64,000 nt of DNA. Source: the human T2T-CHM13v2.0 reference genome, Homo sapiens. This document shows, piece after piece, positions 1 through 14,991 of this stretch (position 1 is the stretch's first letter; every line of letters starts with the position of its first letter). The position numbers and the translations under genes were made by a program. Location: the NCBI RefSeq assembly GCF_009914755.1, contig NC_060930.1; one strand, 5' to 3'. The notes under the pieces are model-generated. The model was not told where the DNA came from. It worked only from the letters and a program-made list of their open reading frames with translations, and searched no databases.

Positions 1-1039
1 CAGTGCAGTGAGTGGTCATGTTGAAATAACACACAGTAAAAGGTGTCTCATAGAAATTTGACTATATGACGTTTTAAAAAGGCCATGGGGTTCATTCTTT
101 CATGCTAAGAATTTAGAGAAATATTCACTAACAACAACAATGCAAGTATAATAGCAGACACATTTCAGGCAAGAAATCAAAACTGTTGAAAAAACTTCAC
201 CGTCCCAGAGTATAATGTGATAGTATGACACATGTTTCTTGAGCTAGGGATAGGGGAAGTTTTGTGAATATACTTCTGAAAATGAAAAACCAAGCTTAAT
301 GGGCAAGAGTTTTGCAGGGTCTCCAAGTCTAAACTTTAATAGGTACCACTTAAACCGTTGATGGCAGAATCATCAATTAAGTTTTATAGCAGAGCTGAGT
401 AAGAAATCAATCAACAAAATATTAGTAATCCATCTGCTCATCACAACAAATTCTGGCAGACAACATTATTACCTTAATGATATGATATTGGAAGGAAAAA
501 AAATAAGGAAAACGGCTTAGCATCTCCCAAAGGCATGCAATATGGTTCCAAATCAATTCGAATTTATAGCTATCCTGAGTTCTCTATAATAACTTCATTC
601 CACAAACACTAAATTTTGAACACCTTTTTAAAAAGCCAGAATCAATATACATCCAAAACAACCAGGTGCTCTATTTACATGTCATTCCAATACAGCAGAA
701 TGAAAAGCTTTCATATTCAACCCAAGTTTGAAAATTATAGCTGTGGATATATTTTCAGATGTCGCTAGGGGAGCATTTATAAGATACCACACACTTAAGC
801 AAGATACTAAAATAATAAATGAAGTTCAACTGAAAAAACTGCAAAGGGATAAGAGGCATAACTGGATTACCTAAGACCAAAAAATTGAATTCCTCCTGAG
901 GGTATCCAGGAAAGCTGAGCTGCAAAGTTTACTATGAAAATTCCTGTAAACTCTCAGGAGACTATAGAAGTCAAGAAATTAGAGAAAGATGCACATATAT
1001 GTGTATGAACATTTGGCACCAGATAGTGAGACACGGAGA

Positions 1040-1270
1040 CGTGTGCTTGGAGGCAGAATGCCTGCTATTTGTCTCTTCAGCCCCATTTCCCACCATTCTC
1101 CACCTGCTTCGTGCCCCGGGGGCCCCAGGACGCTACCCTACATGGGCTACATGAGCTTCTTACTGATTTTGGTCAATTGGTAGCAGCTACAAAAGAAAAT
1201 GGAGAAAGAGGTAATTATTCCTCAGGCCTCACTAAGTACTCAAGCCAAGGCTGAGAAGAGAACAGTGTAT
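1040..1270. mobile_element. Old ERVL-type LTR fragment (LTR33-like)
   Basis: The motifs ccattctccacctgcttcgtgccccggggg and gattttggtcaattgg resemble LTR33 as recalled; the copy is very diverged. Confidence 0.35.
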
Positions 1271-1758
1271 CGAAATGCATCATGTTCAGTGTTGTTACAC
1301 AATCATTTACCACCAGATAGAAGCTGCAGCAGGAACTTGAACAAAGTCTGGTGGTTAATGAACCCCAGGAGAATCTGGAAAAGCTAAGGGTATCACACCT
1401 CAGTTATCAGTCTTCCTTGGATTTAAAACAAAATTCTGTATGGAACACTTCCCAATTTAAAATAAAAGGAAATAGACCATGAGAATAGAAAAATACATCC
1501 TGAGAACTTATTATATGAGAAAAAGACACCATGGCCCCAGTGAATTAGATCCTGGCATTAGAATAGGAATATTATTTATTTAGCCTTACAATATTTGAAG
1601 GGGATTTTAACAGGAAAGATAAAGGAATATGACTACAGTAGAGAAAAATTTAACAGTCTTTGAGAACCAAAGGAATCTGGCTGGATACCCTTGTAAGAGT
1701 TATGTGGGTTCAGGAGCAAAATAAACTATGTAAAAAGGATCATAAACAGGTGACGTGT

Positions 1759-2334
<576 letters not shown>

Positions 2335-2396
2335 TCAAACACAGACTCGGAGGTTTTTTGTAACCTTTGCACACTAAATATAAAAATTGCCCTTCA

Positions 2397-2729
<333 letters not shown>

Positions 2730-2987
2730 TAAAGTCTTCTGGTTCATAACTAGGTGTACTTGTAAAAGTTGTTTATAACTTCAACATCTGCATGCTAACT
2801 TCACCTACGCTTGGAGTTACTATTTAATGAAACAAACAACAATCTTTTAGAGGAAGCAATGGAACATTTTAGAAATGGGAAGAATGTCTCTTGTTTGCCT
2901 TTGCTGCAGATGTCACTTCCCCTGGCTCGTGTTAGCACAGGGAGACCCCTTGCAGAATCAATCAATTTGCTTTGGAACAAATTTCTG

Positions 2988-4841
2988 ATATATATATTAT
3001 ATATACATAATATATATTTTATATATTTATTATACATAATATATATTTTATATATATTATGTATGATAAATATATTTTATATATTTATTATATATATTTT
3101 ATATATTTATAATATATAATATATAAATAATATACATTTATTATATGTAATATACATTTATAATATATAATATATAAATAATATACATTTATTATATGTA
3201 ATATACATTTATATGTAATATTTATAATATATAATGTATTTATAATACATATTACATAATGTATTTATAATATATATTATATAATATATTATATTATATT
3301 ATATTATATATAATATATATAATATAATATAATATAATATATATAATATTATATAATATATTATATAATATATTATATTATATAATATATTATATTATAT
3401 ATTATATAATATATTATATTATATATTATATAATATATTATATAATATAATATATTATATATATTATATTATATATATTATATTATATTATATTATATAT
3501 ATTATATATAATATTATATAATATATTATATAATATATAACATATATTATACAATATATTATATAATATATATTATATATAATATATTATATATTATATA
3601 ATATTAATATATATAATATATAATATAATATATTATATAATATATAATATAATATATTATATAATATATAATATAATATATTATATAATATATAATATAA
3701 TATATTATATAATATATAATATAATATATTATATAATATATAATATATAATATATAATATAATATATTATATAATATAATATATACTATATTATATAATA
3801 TATTATATATAATATATTATATATTATATATAATATATTATATAATATATAATATATAATATAATATATAATATATTATATATAATATATAATATAATAT
3901 ATAATATATAATATATTATATATAATTAATATATATAATATATAATATATAATATATAATATAATATATAATATATAATATATAATATATAATTAATATA
4001 TATAATATATAATATATAATATATATTTATAACATATTTATAATATATATTATAATATATAATATATTATAATATATATTATAATATATATTATAATATA
4101 TAATATATTTATAATGTATATTATAATATATATTATAATATATATTTATAATATATAATATATATTTATAATATATACTATATTATATATAATATAGTAT
4201 ATATTTTAAAATATATACTATATTATATATAATATAGTATATATTTTATAATATATACTATATTATATATAATATAGTATATATCATAAATAATATACTA
4301 TATTATATATAATATAGTATATATTTTATAATATATACTATATTATATATAATATAGTATATATTTTATAATATATACTATATTATATATAATATAGTAT
4401 ATATTTATGATATATACTATATTATATATAATATAGTATATATTTATGATATATACTATATTATATATAATATAGTATATATTTATGATATATACTATAT
4501 TATATATAATATAGTATATATTTATGATATATACTATATATAATATAGTATATATTTATGATATATACTATATATAATATAGTATATATTTATGATATAT
4601 ACTATATATAATATAGTATATATTTATGATATATACTATATTATTTATAATATATACTATATATAATATAGTATATATTTATGATATATACTATATTATA
4701 TATAATATAGTATATACTTATAATATATAATGTATAATATATATAATATAGTATATATTTATAATATATATTTATAAAATATGTAATATAGTATATATTT
4801 ATGATATATATTTATATATATATATATTTTATATATATATA
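2988..4841. repeat. AT-rich low-complexity/minisatellite array, with 40/39-bp palindromic units at about 4161-4720
   Basis: About 1.85 kb of almost pure A/T. The unit atattttataatatatactatattatatataatatagtat repeats in register from 4161 to 4400, followed by shorter variants. Confidence 0.97.
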
Positions 4842-5499
4842 AAACTTTCCAGACTGACTTTAAGATTGGTTTGATATTTTTATTTTCTATTTTACTTTGT
4901 TTTCCAGTGCTATGAATAATTGACAGATGACTAAAATAACCATCTTTATTGTTACAGCAAAAACCTTGATAGCGGTGTTTGTTCCATAGTGCATATTTAA
5001 AAGGCTGTATTTCAGAGGGTCACTCTGGGCTAATGACCTTTCTTCAGATTAAATATATATTTTTAAATTTTACAAAGTTCTGGGTATTCTAACCATAAGA
5101 AATAACTGAAAGTGCATAAACCTTTACAAAATAGCAACTATCAAATTATTTTACTTCTACATATAAAATTAGTTTTATTGATTAGGAAAATTGTACTATA
5201 AATGCTGTGAGAACTTTACTCTGGAGAAATAATTGATGGATAGCAGAGATTTAGGTAGATATATATTTAGATAGCTAGCTAGCTAGAGGATAGATATAGA
5301 CAATACTACACTACACTGTGCTATGTCATATTTTAATAATGACACGCAAAATGCTTTCCATGCATTGTTAAATACAGGGTCTTCAACAACTCTACCATGT
5401 GGGTACTTTCCTTTGATCACGTCATCCTGCGGAGATGAGAAATCGTTTAACCATGATGTCAGCCTTAGTCTGATGCCAAAGCCCATATTTGATTTCTTT

Positions 5500-7060
5500 G
5501 GGAATTATAAATTTTAAAATAACTTCAGATATATAGAACAGTTGCAAAAATTGTACAAAGAACTCTTACATATTCTTCATCCAGCCTCCTCAAATACTGG
5601 TATTTTTTTCACGTTTAGTTTATCTTCTTCTCTCAATCTTTCTCTATGTACATTATATAGAGAAAGTAAGTTAAAAAAGAAAGTAAACTAAAACAAGTAA
5701 ATGCAAAGTAAATATATGCATATATACATATTTAACTATATATAATGTACATTATTATATATCTTTATGTATGTAATTACTTTTTCTAAACCATTTGAAA
5801 GTAACTTTCAGATAGGATGTCCCTTTACCCCTAAACACTTCACTTGGGATTTCCTGAGAATAAAAACATTCATTTACATAAATTTTTACACAATACTTTT
5901 CTCAAAATCAGAAAATACTGATAGAATGCTGTTACCTTATTGAGCAAATCTGATCCTTACTTGTAAATTGAACCAATTATATCTGTAACACCCAAGCCCC
6001 CCAAATTGAACCGAGGACCACCTGCTGCATTGAGTTTTCATGTACTTTCAGTCCCCTCTGATCTGGAACAGTCCCTCAATCTCTCTCTCATAGCCTTGAC
6101 ATTTTCTGTTGAGTGTAGGCCAGTTTTTGTGTAGAATGTTCCTCAATCTGGGTTTGTCTGATGTTTATATTAGGAGACACATGCTATCGTTTGTCCCAAT
6201 ATTTCAGCTTTGATCATTTGGTTCAGGTGGTTCCTGCCAGGTTTCTCCACTGTTAAGGTTCCTGATTTTTATTTTTATGTTGAATAAGTGTTTTCTGGGG
6301 TGACAAGGCTATGCAAATATTCTGCTGTTAATCAAACCTCTACTTACCAGTTTTAGTATCCATTGATAATCCCTGCTTGAATCAATTATTAGTATGATGG
6401 TTGCCAAACTGCAGTTTTTCTAAATGAATCAATCCTTCTACATGTGGAATTTTACAGAGAGGAAGAGACTTCTAACATTTATTTATGTATGTATTTATTT
6501 GGTTATATCATACAGACCCATGGATTCCTATTTTTTACTGGGTTAACATCTATTGGTCATAATATCATTATTTATTTTGATACTCAATTCCCCTAGAGTA
6601 GCCAATGGGAGCCCTCTGAAGCTAAATCCCTTGTCTTTTGGATACGTCCTCACTGTTACATGCATCCTTCTTTCTTTTCTGGTGTAAGAAAAATGTTCCA
6701 GCCTCCTATTATACTTTTCCGGCTCCAACCCCAGAATCAACCATTTCTGTGAGGAGCCCTAGTATTTTTAGTGGAGAAAATGTTCAGAAACTGAGTGCCA
6801 GGTGTATTCATTCCTAGTGGGATGTCATTGCTTCCAGATATTCTCAAAGACGAAGCTAGGAAATGTGTGTGTTATACACAAAAATATCTTTATGACAACC
6901 CCAAGTGCATAGTGATAACTGTGATTCCAATCAAGCATCACAGTGTTTATTCGAGACTCTTCTTTTTCAATATCTGTAGCTTCCTTCTGTGACACTGATA
7001 AATCTGACTCTGGTTATCTCAATATTTGTTGTTTATCAAATTTAGAATACACAGGAGTTA
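5500..7060 (-). mobile_element. Old L1 3' region (L1MC-like)
   Basis: Antisense L1MC 3'UTR-like motifs: ttcagatatatagaacagttgcaaaaattgtacaaagaactc and ggccagtttttgtgtagaatgttcctcaatctgggtttgtctgatgtt. Confidence 0.75.
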
Positions 7061-7509
7061 TAGAAATGACAACTCAGAACAAAAACAAAACTACTTATTA
7101 AATTCATTTTTATATTGAGTTCTGACTTTATGCTAAAAGTATGTAGTAAATAATTCAGTGGGTAAAGTTATTTGGAAATTTCCTTTTCCCTTTCACTGTG
7201 CCATATTATCTATTTGAAATACTATTAAGTTCATTTGTTTGCATTTATAATTGGTTTTAGTTTGTTTTATTCTGTGTCCTTGCTGATTTTTTTAAACATA
7301 ATACATTAACAAGGTTCCAAAGGTCAAAGCTATACAAAAAGATTCAGAGAAGGGTCACTGTCCTAACCTGGGCCCTGGCTGGGCACTGCTACCCCCTCGT
7401 ACCTCCCATTCAGTTCCTACTCACCCCCCATCGGGAAATTTATCTCACTTGTTTCTGGTTTATTCTTCCCATTTCTTTGATAAAAATCAGCAGACATGCA
7501 TACTTTCAG

Positions 7510-8109
7510 TGTGGGGCCTGGTTAAAAACCCATGTGTGACATTTCAGGCGGAGCATGGGCAGTTGAGCAAAGCTGCCCTCCCACATGGGATTCAGAGCAC
7601 AGCCAGAGCCCTGCACAGTCAAGGTTTCAGAGCCCCCGGCCAGTCAGGCTTTTTTACGTACTCACACTGCTACATACCTAGGTCTCTAGCTGAGGCCCTG
7701 GGCAAGGCCCTCTTCAGGCGCCTCTGCAGAGGCCTCCTTCCAGGAGGAGGGGAAACCTTGAAGACATGCTTCCTCACTGTGACTCAGTCCACTTTGAGCT
7801 CTCTTCACCTGGCCACAGGGTCCATAAAACTGCTGGAGCCTTTTGTTGGGTCACGCATGTCCGCACGGATCCACCTGACCCTTGACCAGTGCACCATTCC
7901 ATGGAGGAAACAGGAACGGAAGCGAGCTGGTGCTTCCTCCCTATACCACTCCCTATACACTGCAGTGAGTGATGAAAGGTTTAACTCATTAAGGGCTTGT
8001 TGCTTTAAATGGCTACTCTGACACCTGGCTCTCTCTCCCAGCTGAGGGGAGCTCCTTACTCCACTCCACTCAGTCCCCTTCACTCCTGCAAATAAGATAA
8101 CACAATACA
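7510..8109. mobile_element. Probable old solo LTR (family not identified)
   Basis: A GC-richer block of about 600 bp, bounded by TG...CA, interrupting AT-rich L1ME-like sequence; no clear TSD. Confidence 0.3.
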
Positions 8110-8559
8110 GATCACCTTTCGTATTTTTTTTTTTCACTCAGCAAGGTAGTCCTTAAATTACTCCACCTCAGTGTGTAGAGGTCTTTCTCATGCCTTTTTC
8201 CCAGCTGCATAGTACTCTATTGAATGGTTGTACTCTCCCGGTTTAGGCAACCCCTAGGTTGTTTCTGGTATTTTTCAATAACAATTACTTTTTGTATAAT
8301 ATCATATTGTTGAAAGACAACATGTTCACGTTGTAGAAAACATGAAATTTAAAACATATTATCTTGAGTAAACTTGCAGCATGATTTTAAGAACAGCAAC
8401 TTTTGCGATTGATCCTTTTGAAAATTGGAAGCCAACCGTTCAAATTTATTGTCAAGTGTTTCCTCTAGTGAAGTGGTGGGGAAGGTTTCTTTGACTGTGA
8501 GTTCTGAAATGTTAGGCTAACAAATCGCTAAACTGTGGCAGTGGAGAAAAGGAACTCAC

Positions 8560-8586
8560 ACAAGTACACCGCTGAGCTTCATTCTT
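8560..8586 (-). other. Candidate 27-nt internal microexon
   Basis: The minus strand reads ccttttttctcccag|AAGAATGAAGCTCAGCGGTGTACTTGT|gtgagt: good acceptor and donor, length a multiple of 3. Confidence 0.35.
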
Positions 8587-10527
8587 CTGGGAGAAAAAAG
8601 GCTTCTTTGAGATTATATGATTGGTTTCTTTTCCCTCAATTGCAGTAACAAGTATATGGGCTAAGGATGATGATCAGAAACTAGAGAAAAAAAGAGCTAT
8701 GTATCAAAGGTAACTGCAAAGGGAAAAGTAGTATGGCAATCCCAGCTTTCAGGCAGAAGCGCAGAACCAACTCAATTCAGGGCTGTAATATTCTCCCGTT
8801 CAAGGTCCAGTTTCAGCCACAGCCTAATTTTCAACAGGAATGGCATTTGTAAGCTGGAGATTGTCAGCTACGCTCTTGCTGCTGAATCCTGTTTTCAATG
8901 CATCCCTCCTCCCTTCCTTTCTCCCCTGTCACCTTCCACTGCTCACCCTTCTACTCTCTGAAATTGAAGCAAATTACAATGTACTCTATAGCATTCCAGC
9001 TAGAAGAATGAAAGAGTTATTCAGATATAAAGAACATAATACAGGAAAGTCCTTCAGTGAGAAAATGGTAAGCCGAGAACTTTCAAATTTCAAGACTGAA
9101 AGTATGAATGCTTATATGTTACAATCAATATATAAGGCTGAGGTCAGAAATCAAATGTAAATGACATATTCATGGAAAGTATCTACTCGCAGGGTAGGAT
9201 ATTCTTAGAGATGGAAATCAATTTGTTGTAAATTGACTGAAGTTCATTTACACGAAACAGAACCTTTGTACAATAGAGCATAAACTGACAAGATAAGTAT
9301 TCATTCTGAGACTCTAAAATGGAAAAGAACAGTTCAAAACTGCCAAGATGAAGGTCTCCATCTGGCATTTCAAATTTGCTGATATTTTATGAAAGTCAGT
9401 TTTATGTTATAGGGCAATTTTCTGCCAAAGAAATAAAAGGTGGGACTAATTCTTGTTTAAAATAATAATAAAAAAAAAACTGAATCCATAGCAAAGGCGA
9501 CACATCTGTTGTTGTTCCAATTTATTTTCTGTAAGCCACATTAATTATACATATGAATCACATACATGAATTTAATTCAAATTAATAATAGACTCTTGAA
9601 AATACAGGCCGATTAGAAAATTACTGAGCATTTTTTCCATCACTCACTTTCCATACACAAAATGTAACTTGCCTTGGAACCCCTGCAGACTGCCCCTTGG
9701 ACAAAATATCCTCTTTGAAAGGGGATAAAATGCTCCTCCTGTCTTTCTTCTTGTCTTGATAGGTGGAAAGTGCACAGGACTCCTGAGGTCCTCTGACTGT
9801 CCCTTGCCAACTTTCATCTCCCATCACGAGGAGGGAGAAGGTTCTTATGATGGACAACATTTGATTCCTTAGTTGGGCCATGTCTATTGCTAGCAGGGCC
9901 AACTAGAAGTAGGGTATTAGATCCATGCAAGTTACCCTGGAACACTCTCCTCGTGGCTGACCCATCCCCACTGGTCACTCAGTAGTAACAACCCTGAGAT
10001 CACAATTTATATATGGTGAGAGCCTGAAGGTTGTCTTCGGTCTCAAGCCCAAGCATGCCATGGAGTCCTACCTCGCCTTTACCAGGGAGATGTCATGGAG
10101 CTTTAGGCACAGGATCCTGGCGATAAAGCAGCCCTCACTGCTCATCTCACAGTAGTCCCTTCTGCATCTGATGCTTTCAGGATCATGCAGTAACAAGAGG
10201 GGATGGGCAGGATGGATGCCTACCCAACACGCCAACTCCACCTTCCGAAACCTCACACACGCGGCTCTGAAATTCACACACTTCCACTCAGTCAACTGTG
10301 TGTGTGCAACTCAAACATCCGCCTCTCTCCCGGGCCTGCTCAAATGGCCCCTTATTAACAAAGAGTTTGTCTTAAATATCTAAGATCATAGCATGTGGAT
10401 TAATTTTTTGTGTTTTACATTTTGTGAAGCTCATTTCATTATTTTGTGTGGCTTCATGAAAATGTTGTAAATAGCTATTTTTAGAACTTCCATAGGGAGA
10501 TATATCTTATGGAGTCAGCTCCCTAGG

Positions 10528-10762
10528 GTGGTTAAGAGTCTGTACTTGGGAATCCATCAGAACTGGTTTGAAATTCAGGTCTGGGAATCGCTAGTTATGT
10601 AGCATTAAATGTTTGCTAATCTAGGCCTAGTTTACATGCATGTACATGTTACAATGAGGAAAATGACCCTTACCACATAGAAACTATGAGGGTTAAATGG
10701 GATCCAATATGTGTATAGAAGGCATGTGGCATGGTGCCTGACAATATTAAGTGCCCCATAAA
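10528..10762 (+). mobile_element. MIR SINE
   Basis: gtggttaagagtc...gtttgaaattcagg...tgagggttaaatgggat...catggtgcctgacaata matches the MIR layout. Confidence 0.75.
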
Positions 10763-11335
10763 TCATATCCATTATGTTCATGTCATAAATATTGTAGAAA
10801 AATCTAATTCTGACTAAATGATAGAAAATCACCACATTCAATGTAACACTGAAAATTTTAACCATTGTAACTATAACTAAATATTTCAAGAATGTTTGAA
10901 AAACCATGGTTTAACATTTAATGCGATCATTCTTCACGACAAATATAGTTTTTCTCATCAGAGGCTCAACAGTATGGGCTTTTGTATCTAATTAATTCAG
11001 ATATTTTCTCCATTACAGTAAAAGATCCCCTTGGGAAAATCACATCCATCATCTTCTGAAACGTTGCCTGTCACAGCAAGGGACTATATATAGGCTTCAA
11101 AATTTCATACTTAACCTTTTCTGTCACTTAGCGTTTCTATTTCTTTTTTGATTTCTATAAGACAAGCTGCATTCATCTTAAAATAAACCAATACCAAGCA
11201 TGAAAAAAGAAACCCCGAGAGAGCCTCTGTTGTTCCTATGTGTCTTGCTGAGGTAGCTGGCTGTCTATGTGCAATGAGCACCATGACCCTGCGGGAAAGA
11301 TCTGGAACAGAGATGAAGAACACAGGCCATAATAA

Positions 11336-11642
<307 letters not shown>

Positions 11643-13046
11643 CATAATAACTTTTAGACAGACAAAGTCAAAGTCTTGAGGCTCAATAGCTGGTTTAAAA
11701 CAAATGCACATGTGCTCATATTCCATTCTTGGGAGATGTGGTTAAAATAAGAAAAACTAATGATGAGAGGAGCCATTTTTGAATTACTTGGAGTCTAAAT
11801 TATCAAATATTTTGCAAGAAAAGCATGTTTTTATTATTTTCAGTCTTTTATGGTAATACGAATTAAGCTCTCATAATCTTGACAGATGTGTTTTAGGACC
11901 TGCTTTAAAACAGCAACAGGAATGATTTACAATTAGTATAGAAAATTGTAATGTGCGAACTGATCATTTCAAAGTGATTTCTCAGTGTGCTCAGCTTTTT
12001 ATAATAATCTCTAATTGTATTTATATACTTAGGATGCTTTTTTGTCCTCCCAAGAGCCAAAACCTATCTTGAGTATAGCTCTCTACCATTAAATAAATCC
12101 TACATGAGTGGGCTCTGCAATAATGAGATTACTATGTAATGACTTTATGTTATCTGAAACTCTAAGTTAAATATAAAATCTAGAGCACTACACTTAGCAA
12201 GTCACCTGTTTTTATATTATTATTTCCCCATAATTTAGCCTTGGTGCACTAGCTGAATATCACATCATTCTTTGCCTATTATATCACTACATTAAAATAT
12301 CACAAATTCTTCTTATGTAAAGCATCACATGCTTCCTTCTAGAACTTTGGTGATCAACCATACTTAGATGGTTTACTGACTCATACAACATTTCAGGAAG
12401 AGCTACCAAGGTATTTTCTTTCTACTATCAGAATGAAACACTAGGGCTAAAATTCTATAATCAAATTTACATTTTTATGGAGAAAAACATGAGGTACACA
12501 GAGACCAACAAGGTTATTCATGACTTAAGCATTAAGTGCCAAGTCTCTCCCTAAATATCTTCCTCATTCACCTTTCCATTGGGCCCTGCATGCCTGTGTG
12601 TTGAATAAGTAAATAATAAGTGCTATAGCTGTTAGAGTGTCATTAGAATCTCCAGAACCATGTAAGACATGGGCTAAGGAGCTGAAAGAATACTTTGAGG
12701 GGCACTGAAGTGTTTCCAACTCTGGCATGCCTCGGTGCACCCTCAAGCTCAGAGATGGATTGAAAGGCACTGTTCAAAACAAGTCTCCCAGCAGCCTGCT
12801 ATCTACAGATCATTGAAATGATATACTGCAATAACTTCCCCTGGAACGCTTATGGCTTATTGCGCTGATGTGTAATTAATCTGCTGAGCAGTGACAGGAC
12901 CCAGCTGAAGAGTGCTTCTGGAGCTTTTAAGATCTGGCATGCCAAAGAACACTTGGGGAGTCCTTGGTCCATGCTTTGTTAGCACAACAGACTACAACGA
13001 GCCTTTAATCTGTGATTGCACATATGCTAGATAACTTTATGTATTA

Positions 13047-13351
<305 letters not shown>

Positions 13352-14140
13352 ATATCACAAAGTGGTTTTGCTCAGCCTTGGTCTAATGTCAGCAGCACCT
13401 GTAAGTGCATGTGCATTTGTAACCTGTGCTCAAAGTTGAGAGGATGGAGGGACAGCAGACTCTTCCTGCGGAGAACAACTGTGTTTTTGTGGCTTGGTCA
13501 GGCTTAGAGAGCTCATTAGGCTCCAGCCCTGCAAATCTGTGACTGCAGTGCACTTCTGACTTGCAGTAAACATGGATAGAATATAGGGACAGCTTGGATG
13601 GAACTGGAATTGTCAGTGACAGAATGCTGACTAAGTGACCAATGAATCAAAAAAAAAAAAAAAAAAAAAAAAAAAACAGATAAAAACAAAGAAACATACA
13701 AATGATGTCTGAAAAGAGCAAAATCCTATTTAAAGATATGAATGTTTTTCTAGATATTCTTTTGTACATGATACTGAAAATATTTTCATTTGAATATCAA
13801 AAAGTGGTTGATGAAGTTGGATGTAGCTGATAGGCTAAACATACATATCTTGGTTCTTTCACAATTTCAAAGCAGTTGGTAAGGGACAGATATATATGTA
13901 GGTAAACAAAAAAGTTCAAGCTTATCAGCATCTACTAACTCGAGAAAAGCATTTCAAAAAACATCTTAAATGTTGAAATTGGGGAGTTAACAGTTAATAT
14001 GTAGTGGAATTCAGAAATTGATTTTTTTCTCACATATAGGACTAATAAAGATTCTCCCCATATTTCTACATTTTAAAATTTAGGAATGCCATGACAAACA
14101 AGAATAGCTCTCTTTGAATTTTCTGTTAAAATATGTAATG

Positions 14141-14636
<496 letters not shown>

Positions 14637-14914
14637 TCAAATAATTGGTCAGTACAAATTCAAGGTCATCCAATCCCTTTATGCTTTATGAAGACTAGAA
14701 TCTGTTCCTCTCATACTTTTTGATGTCCCGGCATTACGGGGAATATATATATATATATATATTTTTTTTTTTTCCTTAAGCTCTTTTTTAAAATAATCTT
14801 TTAATTTCGTTTCCATGAACATTTTGAAGTCCCTTCCTCTGTGACTAAAATATCCCCACATGCTCAGATAAGAAACATATTACTCATCCGAAGTTTCTAG
14901 GATATTACTGTGCG

Positions 14915-14991
14915 TACAAATCACCTGATGATCCTGCTAATATGCAGATTTTGATTCCCTACTTCTGGGATGGGTTGAGATCCTGCATTTC
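14915..14991. mobile_element. MER5-like hAT fragment
   Basis: aatcacctg...tgcagattttgattcc...ctgggatgggttgagatcctgcatttct. Confidence 0.5.

Noticed and set aside
2801-2985. Minus-strand ORF tail (NLFQSKLIDSARG...) that would be in frame with the 10145 and 8586 exon candidates
   Set aside because: The acceptor is atatatatcag with no pyrimidine tract, frame agreement has about a 1-in-3 chance, and the peptide is not recognised.
4161-4720. CRISPR-like appearance (palindromic repeats with short spacers)
   Set aside because: Eukaryotic context, the spacers are only a few near-identical bases, and there are no cas genes; it is a minisatellite.
2988-4841. Possibility that the AT-rich array is FRA10B or FRA16B itself
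   Set aside because: The unit sequence does not match what I recall for those loci; only the architecture is similar.
7449-8137. Overlapping 190-aa (+) and 110-aa (-) ORFs
   Set aside because: No recognisable domain or splice context; they lie in a probable old LTR and the + ORF starts at TTG, not ATG.
11195-11301. Minus-strand acceptor ttcttcatctctgttccag|ATC at 11301
   Set aside because: The acceptor is good but only weak donors follow, so there is not enough support for an exon call.
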